DNA from: Auanema rhodensis
Lineage: Eukaryota > Animalia > Nematoda
Direction of reading: 5' to 3'
DNA: 64,000 nucleotides
NCBI GenBank assembly: GCA_964057225.1
Contig: OZ059894.1
Coordinates: 19,778,001 to 19,842,000, forward strand
Shown here: one piece after another, positions 30,056 to 36,612 of the stretch
Numbering within the stretch: position 1 is the first letter of the stretch
Layout of the letters: every line of letters starts with the position of its first letter
The notes under the pieces: generated by a model
Seen by the model: the letters and a program-made list of their open reading frames with translations, nothing else
Told to the model about the DNA's origin: nothing
The model's database searches: none
Made by a program: the position numbers and the translations under genes

Positions 30056-30067
30056 GGAATATAATTT

Positions 30068-30079
30068 TGGTGCATCGGC
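30068..30079 (+). promoter_or_regulatory. Primer binding site complementary to the 3' end of tRNA-Gly(GCC)
   Basis: TGGTGCATCGGC lies just downstream of the 5' LTR. It is the reverse complement of ...GCCGATGCA-CCA, the acceptor end of invertebrate tRNA-Gly(GCC) as I recall it (not database-checked). Confidence 0.8.
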
Positions 30080-30210
30080 AAAACTAAGTAAAACAAATAA
30101 ATAAGTAAATAAGTGAATATATATATATTTATTTCATTGCTTATATAAAAAAAAATAAAAAAAAAAAAAACCGAATTAATTAATATTATTGATAATCATA
30201 TAACTCAAAA

Positions 30211-32148
30211 ATGAGTTCAAAATCAGAAACAATCAGATTAAGTAAACAAGGATGCCGAAGCAGAATAAATGGTAATGCTCGTAAAAGAGAAGTTATGTTG
30301 AAAGTCATAGAAAAAGTTGATAACGGAACACACTTAAATACAAACGATATGGATGTAATAAGTGGATACATTGAAAATCTAAGAAATGTATGTGAGCATA
30401 TTTTAATTATGAAAGCTGATGAAGACTATGACATAGTCAAAGAAATAATTGAAAATTCTCATCTAGTGGAGGAAAATAACGAAATTAGAGAAGAGTTAAA
30501 CGATTTGAAAAAAATCATAAATGATGAAAACCAAAATGATAGAAAATTGAAAATCAAGTTTAATATGATATATAAACAATTACTAGAAACTTTACCTGAA
30601 TGTACTGATTTGAAAACCAAAACTCTGTTCAAATTTGAGCAGAATAAACAAATAGAAACTTCGTTAACAGTATCTTCAAGTTCTGAAACAGAAGAATTAA
30701 GTGGTTACACTGAAAAACTAAGACGTAGTGCAGAAAGTTCAAAAAGTAATCAAAAACGTAATAACATAAATTGTAAACTTGAAAAAGTACTGGAAAGATT
30801 AAACTTTTTAGAGGAAAAATTTGACTCAGAAAGCGATAGAGAAATTAAATATATAAATCATAAATCTTTAAAAAAGAGAATCAATAAATCAAATCACGAA
30901 ACATCAGACAGACATGAAAATAATCTATATATCCCAAGACCAAAAATAAAATTAACCACGTTTGATGGAAATATCACGGAATACCCAGAATTTATGAGTA
31001 TTTTTGAATTACTCATTGATAGTAACCGTAATATGTCAGAAACCGAAAAATTTTATCATTTAAAATCGAGTTTGAGCGGTAATGCTGAACATTTATTGAA
31101 ATCAATTACTTTAACAGCAGAAAATTATAAAAAAGCATTGTTTCTACTTAAGAAAACATATGATAAACCTCAAGAACGAAAGAAAGTATTAAAACAAAGA
31201 CTAAGAGATTTGCCAAAAGCATATAAAAATGCAGTAAATATGCAAGAAATTTATAATGAAATTCAATCCATTATAACGGGATTAAGGGAGCATAGAGACA
31301 TTGACAATGAAGAAATAATTGAAACTATAATAGAAAAATTCCCAGAACATATACAAAGAGAAATCTTCAATATAGAAAGTAATGATGGCATAGAATTGAA
31401 CATTGATGAAATCATAGAAATAATCGGTAACTCAATTAAATGCGAAAAAATGATACAAAATAAAAGAGAAAACTACAACAGCACGTTGAACTTTTTAATG
31501 AATAACAGAAACTATCAAAATTATAATAGAAAACCTTATAACTATCAGAATGATCATGAAACAAGAAGAAAAAACGATAGATTTTCTAATGGTTTTCAAA
31601 ATGTGAAATATAATAATGAGAATAATGATAGAAATAGACATCAAACACAGTATGCAAACAAATTTCAAGCGATAACAAGTAAAAACAATGATTCATTAGA
31701 AAACAAAAACTGTGTATTCTGTAATAGAAATAATCATAGCAGTTTAAATTGTAAAATTATCATGGATATCAGAGAAAAAAGGAACATCATCAAGCAAAAT
31801 AGTCTTTGCTGGATTTGTTACAGTAAAAATCATAATTCTTTTCAATGTAATCTTGAAAGATGTCAAAATTGTATGGAACACCATAATTCAAAAATTTGCA
31901 TGAAAAATCATTATAAAAATAACGCCAAGGACGTAATTAGCATAAATTCTCAATATGCTAATCACCCTACAAGCAACAATCACATGCAATCTCAATATGC
32001 TAATGAGGTCGGTACTCCTCAAAATACAGTAAACGGAAGAAATAAAGCAGGAAATGAATATAAATGGAAACCCAATTTAACAGGAGGTAATAATGAGCCA
32101 ATTGGACAAAATTTTCGATTGGAATCAAGAATAACAGAGAAAGGGTAA
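30211..32148 (+). CDS. gag: Gag polyprotein of BEL/Pao retrotransposon (DUF1759-like capsid region plus three Cys/His zinc knuckles), 645 aa
   Basis: PKIKLTTFDGNITEYPEFMSIF...EKFYHLKSSLSGNA is typical of BEL/Pao Gag. Knuckles are CVFCNRNNHSSLNC, CWICYSKNHNSFQC and CQNCMEHHNSKIC. The ATG is in an AAAAATG context. Confidence 0.93.
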   Translation: MSSKSETIRLSKQGCRSRINGNARKREVMLKVIEKVDNGTHLNTNDMDVISGYIENLRNVCEHILIMKADEDYDIVKEIIENSHLVEENNEIREELNDLKKIINDENQNDRKLKIKFNMIYKQLLETLPECTDLKTKTLFKFEQNKQIETSLTVSSSSETEELSGYTEKLRRSAESSKSNQKRNNINCKLEKVLERLNFLEEKFDSESDREIKYINHKSLKKRINKSNHETSDRHENNLYIPRPKIKLTTFDGNITEYPEFMSIFELLIDSNRNMSETEKFYHLKSSLSGNAEHLLKSITLTAENYKKALFLLKKTYDKPQERKKVLKQRLRDLPKAYKNAVNMQEIYNEIQSIITGLREHRDIDNEEIIETIIEKFPEHIQREIFNIESNDGIELNIDEIIEIIGNSIKCEKMIQNKRENYNSTLNFLMNNRNYQNYNRKPYNYQNDHETRRKNDRFSNGFQNVKYNNENNDRNRHQTQYANKFQAITSKNNDSLENKNCVFCNRNNHSSLNCKIIMDIREKRNIIKQNSLCWICYSKNHNSFQCNLERCQNCMEHHNSKICMKNHYKNNAKDVISINSQYANHPTSNNHMQSQYANEVGTPQNTVNGRNKAGNEYKWKPNLTGGNNEPIGQNFRLESRITEKG

Positions 32149-35100
32149 TAAGAGAAAAAGATGATAATCATTTTAATAACGAAATTGAAATTTTTAATGA
32201 ACCAAATACATTTTTTATATCTTTTTACAAAGCAAAAAGCTCTAATTTAGTAATTTTGTATGACTCTTGCTCAAATAAGTCATTTATCAAAAAACAAACC
32301 GCAGAAAAGTTGAATTTACCAATATTAAGCAATAAAATGTTGCCAATAGGTACTATTGGTGATAAAGAAGAAATACTTAAATCAAAAGAAGTAATTTGGG
32401 GTATACCTGAGATAAAAGAAAACATAAATCTATTAGCTATTGAGAAAATAACAGATTTTGTGAATATGCCTTCAATAAATGAGACGGAAATGAGAAAAAT
32501 TGAGCAATATAGCAAGAAAAACATGAAATTAATTTTCGAAAAGGGCAATATTGAACCAGATATATTAATAGGAATGGATCAATTTTGGAAATTAGTTCCT
32601 AAAACATTTGAAAGCATTGATTTGAAAAACGGATTAGTAGTAATTCCAACAAAATTGAACCCGATCATATCAAAACATAAAACGTTTGATGAAATATCAG
32701 ATAGTGAAAACGATGAAACCGAATGTGGTTCAGATCTGAAATGTTTCCTAATAGGAAATAAATTGAAAGATGAGAATAAAAAACTGAATAAAGATGAAAT
32801 GAGAAAATACGAAGATGATTTAGCTTGGAAACAATTTCACGAAAATGTAAAAATGAAAAATGGAAGAATTAATGTAAAATTTCCCATAAAACCAAATATT
32901 CAGTCAATTAACGATAATTATGGTAAAAGTATAGGGTGCTTAAAAGGTATTCTTAAAACTTTGGAAAAAGATCACGATATGTTAGAAAAATACGACAACA
33001 CAATTATGGAACAACTAGAAAGTGGCATTTTAGAATATTGTCCAGAACGTAACCATCCATTTTTCACATATTGTATTCCTCATCATTATGTTTTAAAACC
33101 GACAAGCACAACAACAAAATTACGAATAGTACTAAATGCTTCAAGCAAAGTTAAAAATGAGAAATCATTAAATGATATATTATTTCAAGGTGAAACAATA
33201 ATCCCTAACTTAACAGGCATGTTGATAAGACTCAGACTCAGTAAAAATTTTTTGATGGGAGATATTGAAAAGGCATTTCATCAAATTGAACTAGACGAAA
33301 GTCATAGAGATTTGACAAGAATTTTATGGATTAAAAACATCAAAAAAGGTGTACAAAAAAGTAATGTGCTAAATCTAAGATTCACAAGAATCCCATTTGG
33401 GGTGAACAGTTCTCCATTTTTATTAGGAGCAAGTATAAAATATTTTTTAAAACAAGAAAAATTAGAAATATGTGAAGAAATACTGAGTAATATTTATGTG
33501 GATAATGTAATGATAAAAGTTGAAAACAAAAATCAAATAATGCAGTTATACGCAGAAGTAAAAAATTTATTCTCAAAAATCGGAATGAACATAAGAGAAT
33601 TTTATACAAATTGTGAATCAGAAAATAGTAAAATCCCAGAAAAAGATAAAATAAAAGAAACAAGTTTTAAAATATTAGGAATGAATTACAATACAGTAAC
33701 AGATAAATTGGAAGTGAAAATTCCAGAATGGAAAGAAAAACAAACAACGAAAAGAAATATTCTGAGTTTCATAAACGCGATTTTTGATCCAATAGGTATA
33801 ACTCATCCTATAACATTGAAATCACGACTTTTCCTCAAAAAACTGTGGGAAAGTCAAATAAAATGGGATGATGAACTGTCAGAAAATTTGATAGAAGAAT
33901 GGAAAGAAATATACAGTAAAATCGAGAATCAAAAAATTGAAATAGATAGATCCATATTAAGAAGTAATGAATATGTGGAATATTTATTGTTCACAGACGC
34001 ATCTAGAGACGTAATTGCAACAGGCTATTTAGCATATGTCAAAAACGGAATTATTGAAGAAATTGAACTTCTTTGCGTAAAATCTTCCACAATGATTGAA
34101 GGATCAATTCCAATGAAAGAATTGTCTGCAGTTCTTTTAGGTGTTAAAATGATGAAAGAAAATATAAAAGAAATGAATATAAACATACAAAATATCAAAA
34201 TATTTTCTGATTCCCAAGTAGTTTTATGCTGGATTTTTAAAAGTCCCACAAAAAGAGTCTATGTTAGAAACAGATTGGAAAAAATCAAACATCTAACAGA
34301 CGACTTGGAAAAAGAAAACGGAAAAATAGAATATTTTTACGTGAATACCAAGAAAAATCCAGCTGACGTACCAACAAGAGGTCTAGAACCTCAGGAAGAA
34401 AAATACAAAGAATGGTTGAAAGGTCCAATATGGTACAAAGATGAAATTCAACGACAAAATAATATTAAAACGTTAAAAGAAGTTGTAGGACAAGAAAACA
34501 GTAATGCAGAATCAAAAATCATTAATTTTCTAATAAAAAACGAGAACTTAACAAAGGAAAGCCAAGATTTGGACTTCCTAGCTCAAAAAGTATCTTCATA
34601 TCCAAAATTATTAAGAATTGTGAAAAATATTTTGATATTCATATCTAAACTTAGAAAAACCTCAAAAGGATGTTTTAAGAAATTGATAGAAGATTTTGAA
34701 AAATCGGATAGTTCGAAAAGAAACATAATTTGTGAAAAAATTATGATAAAAGCACATCAATTGCAGAATTGTAATGAATTGAAAAAAGAAAAATTTAAAA
34801 AATTAGACATTGTTCAAGATGAAGATGGTATTTTAAGAGTACGAGGCCGATTAGGTAACGCAAATAAGTTGAATAACAGTTATCCAGTATTATTATATGG
34901 GAAAAAATTCTTCACAAATCTCATGATTAAGTATATGCATGAAATTTCACTTCATGCTAACAGAGAAACAATGATGGCGATAATACGTAAACAATTTTTC
35001 ATTATAAAACTGAAAAGCTGTATAAATGTAACAATTTCCCAATGTATGAAATGCAAAAAAGCTAACAACAGACCTTATAAGTATCCAGATTTTCCTCAAT

Positions 35101-36188
35101 TACCAGTTGAAAGAGTTTTAAAATTTAAACCATATGAAAACATAGGCATTGACTACGCCGGCCCATTAATTGTGAAAAATGAAACCAACGCTGATAAAAA
35201 AGTTTGGATTATGCTAATTACTTGTCTATGTACACGAGCAGTATACTTAGATGTCGCTAATGATAGCTCTAGCAAGGAATTAATGAATAATCTAAGAAAA
35301 TTTTTTGCTCGAAAGAGAATACCAAGTAAAATTATATCAGATAATGGTTCTCAATTCTGTAAGACCGAGAAAATTTTTCAAAACTTTCTCGAAAATAAGA
35401 AAATACAATGGAAAATGATCACTCCGTATTCCCCGTGGAAAGGAGGTTTTTATGAAAGATTAATTGGTTTAACAAAGAAATATTTGATAAAAAATATCGA
35501 AGGGAAAAAATTGAAATATAACGAATTACTGGTCATATTATCAGAGATTGAAAATATCATCAATTCAAGACCAATTTCATATATAAATAACGATTTTGAT
35601 AGCATTATTACTCCAAAGAGTTTAGAAATATTTCATCCAGAAAATTTAATCTGTCAATTTAACATCGACAACAAGGAAAAAAACGTAATAAATAATAAAA
35701 ACGATATAATTGAGTATTTAAACTCATGTACTTCGAACATAAATCAGTTTTGGAGAGCTTGGAGTGAAACATACCTTGAAGAACTAAGGAATCTATCAAA
35801 TAAGAAAAGTTTGAGTAAAAGCTATTCAAAAGCAACTCCTGTAGTTGGTGAAATTGTCCTTTGTAAAGAGAATAACGTAAAAAGACATAAATGGCCTTTA
35901 GCTGTCATTGAAGAATTGATTGTCTCTGAAGATAAAGAAATTCGAAGCGTCAAAATACGAAATTCTGAAGGTAACAGACTTTTGAGATCTATAAATCAAC
36001 TGATACCCTTAGAAATAACCGAAGAAAAACTAGACAAAGTTAAAAATACAGAAACCAAACAGAAAAAAGATATAAATGAATTAGAAAATCTAAAAAACAG
36101 TAATAATGTTAATAATGAGGAAAATATTGGAATTTGGAAAAACAGACTGAGACAAAATACCAATATTGATTACAAACCATATTTCTGA
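32097..36188 (+). CDS. pol: Pol polyprotein: aspartic protease, reverse transcriptase, RNase H, integrase (HHCC + DDE + DUF5641-like C-terminal domain); probably made as a Gag-Pol fusion
   Basis: The frame is open from 32097 (after TAA TAA TGA at 32088-32096) to TGA at 36186-36188. The ORF-track start at 32256 is a TTG, not an ATG. Motifs: PR ILYDSCSNKSFI and PDILIGMD; RT DIEKAF and IYVDN; RH FTDAS, ELSAV, FSDSQ, NPAD; IN H-x4-H...CMKC, GIDYAGP, ISDNGSQF, GGFYERL; C-terminal FWRAWSETYL...WPLAVI. Confidence 0.95.
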   Translation, partial: ANWTKFSIGIKNNRERVIREKDDNHFNNEIEIFNEPNTFFISFYKAKSSNLVILYDSCSNKSFIKKQTAEKLNLPILSNKMLPIGTIGDKEEILKSKEVIWGIPEIKENINLLAIEKITDFVNMPSINETEMRKIEQYSKKNMKLIFEKGNIEPDILIGMDQFWKLVPKTFESIDLKNGLVVIPTKLNPIISKHKTFDEISDSENDETECGSDLKCFLIGNKLKDENKKLNKDEMRKYEDDLAWKQFHENVKMKNGRINVKFPIKPNIQSINDNYGKSIGCLKGILKTLEKDHDMLEKYDNTIMEQLESGILEYCPERNHPFFTYCIPHHYVLKPTSTTTKLRIVLNASSKVKNEKSLNDILFQGETIIPNLTGMLIRLRLSKNFLMGDIEKAFHQIELDESHRDLTRILWIKNIKKGVQKSNVLNLRFTRIPFGVNSSPFLLGASIKYFLKQEKLEICEEILSNIYVDNVMIKVENKNQIMQLYAEVKNLFSKIGMNIREFYTNCESENSKIPEKDKIKETSFKILGMNYNTVTDKLEVKIPEWKEKQTTKRNILSFINAIFDPIGITHPITLKSRLFLKKLWESQIKWDDELSENLIEEWKEIYSKIENQKIEIDRSILRSNEYVEYLLFTDASRDVIATGYLAYVKNGIIEEIELLCVKSSTMIEGSIPMKELSAVLLGVKMMKENIKEMNINIQNIKIFSDSQVVLCWIFKSPTKRVYVRNRLEKIKHLTDDLEKENGKIEYFYVNTKKNPADVPTRGLEPQEEKYKEWLKGPIWYKDEIQRQNNIKTLKEVVGQENSNAESKIINFLIKNENLTKESQDLDFLAQKVSSYPKLLRIVKNILIFISKLRKTSKGCFKKLIEDFEKSDSSKRNIICEKIMIKAHQLQNCNELKKEKFKKLDIVQDEDGILRVRGRLGNANKLNNSYPVLLYGKKFFTNLMIKYMHEISLHANRETMMAIIRKQFFIIKLKSCINVTISQCMKCKKANNRPYKYPDFPQLPVERVLKFKPYENIGIDYAGPLIVKNETNADKKVWIMLITCLCTRAVYLDVANDSSSKELMNNLRKFFARKRIPSKIISDNGSQFCKTEKIFQNFLENKKIQWKMITPYSPWKGGFYERLIGLTKKYLIKNIEGKKLKYNELLVILSEIENIINSRPISYINNDFDSIITPKSLEIFHPENLICQFNIDNKEKNVINNKNDIIEYLNSCTSNINQFWRAWSETYLEELRNLSNKKSLSKSYSKATPVVGEIVLCKENNVKRHKWPLAVIEELIVSEDKEIRSVKIRNSEGNRLLRSINQLIPLEITEEKLDKVKNTETKQKKDINELENLKNSNNVNNEENIGIWKNRLRQNTNIDYKPYF
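32109..32115 (+). other. Putative -1 programmed ribosomal frameshift slippery site (A_AAT_TTT)
   Basis: X_XXY_YYZ heptamer correctly phased in the gag frame (CAA AAT TTT CGA), inside the 52-nt gag/pol overlap at 32097-32148. Confidence 0.65.
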
Positions 36189-36321
36189 AAATAAAGAAAA
36201 TAAAATTGGTTAAGTTTGTTTTCGGGGGAATGGTCACATAAAGTGACGTTCATACAAAGAAAGAAACCAAAAATTCCCTATTCACCTATAATCTATAATA
36301 TGTTCTAAAATGCCCTTTTTT

Positions 36322-36329
36322 AGGGGGAA
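36322..36329 (+). promoter_or_regulatory. Polypurine tract (plus-strand primer)
   Basis: AGGGGGAA directly abuts the TG of the 3' LTR and is preceded by a T-run. Confidence 0.85.
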
Positions 36330-36612
36330 TGTTTCGTATATATACGAAAGAATAAGTAATAAATCATCAAATTAAGTAAAACATAAGAAAATTGGTTTTA
36401 AATAGAAAATAAGTAGATTCATTTTAAAATATATTTCTGCTGTGAGCGGTCGTATACAGTTTACGTCATATTTACGTGAACTGACGTACGCCAAATGCTT
36501 CACTTTTAAATCAGTTCACATTGTTGACTCATAGCGCGTAGTCGCATTTATTATTAACTGTTTCACCATTATAAATTGAATAAATCATTATTTTTATATT
36601 CTGTATCTTTTC
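36330..36612 (+). repeat. 3' LTR (283 bp, probably missing its last few bases)
   Basis: 282/283 identical to 29773-30055. It ends ...CTGTATCTTTTC and runs directly into satellite CATGTACACTCAAC. Confidence 0.95.
36579..36584 (+). promoter_or_regulatory. Candidate polyadenylation signal in the 3' LTR
   Basis: AATAAA near the LTR 3' end, followed by T-rich sequence (5' LTR copy at 30022-30027). The AT-rich context lowers specificity. Confidence 0.45.

Larger units (their letters stand above)
29773..36612 (+). mobile_element. Full-length BEL/Pao-superfamily LTR retrotransposon inserted in the satellite
   Basis: It has 283-bp terminal direct repeats starting with TG, a PBS, a PPT, gag with a triple zinc knuckle, and pol in PR-RT-RH-IN order. 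BEL/Pao signature motifs include PHHYV..TTKLRIV, DIEKAFHQI, PFGVNSSPFLL, YVDN, NPADVPTRG and PWKGGFYERL. The satellite resumes in register on the far side. Confidence 0.97.

Noticed and set aside
30147-30170. Poly(A) tract in the 5' leader as a retroposed insert tail
   Set aside because: There is no flanking duplication or upstream SINE-like body. It is consistent with a low-complexity AT-rich leader.
30186-30371. 61-aa minus-strand ORF
   Set aside because: Antisense shadow of the A-rich gag sequence, with no recognisable motif.
32256-32258. ORF-track start of pol
   Set aside because: The codon is TTG, two codons before the catalytic Asp. The frame is open from 32097, so this is not a credible eukaryotic start.
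32225-32548. 107-aa minus-strand hydrophobic ORF
   Set aside because: Its F/I/L/S richness is the expected result of reading an A-rich coding strand backwards, and it overlaps the protease.
33382-34249. 93-aa and 74-aa minus-strand ORFs (possible membrane or env-like peptides)
   Set aside because: They are antisense to the conserved RT and RNase H domains and look like compositional artefacts with no independent support.
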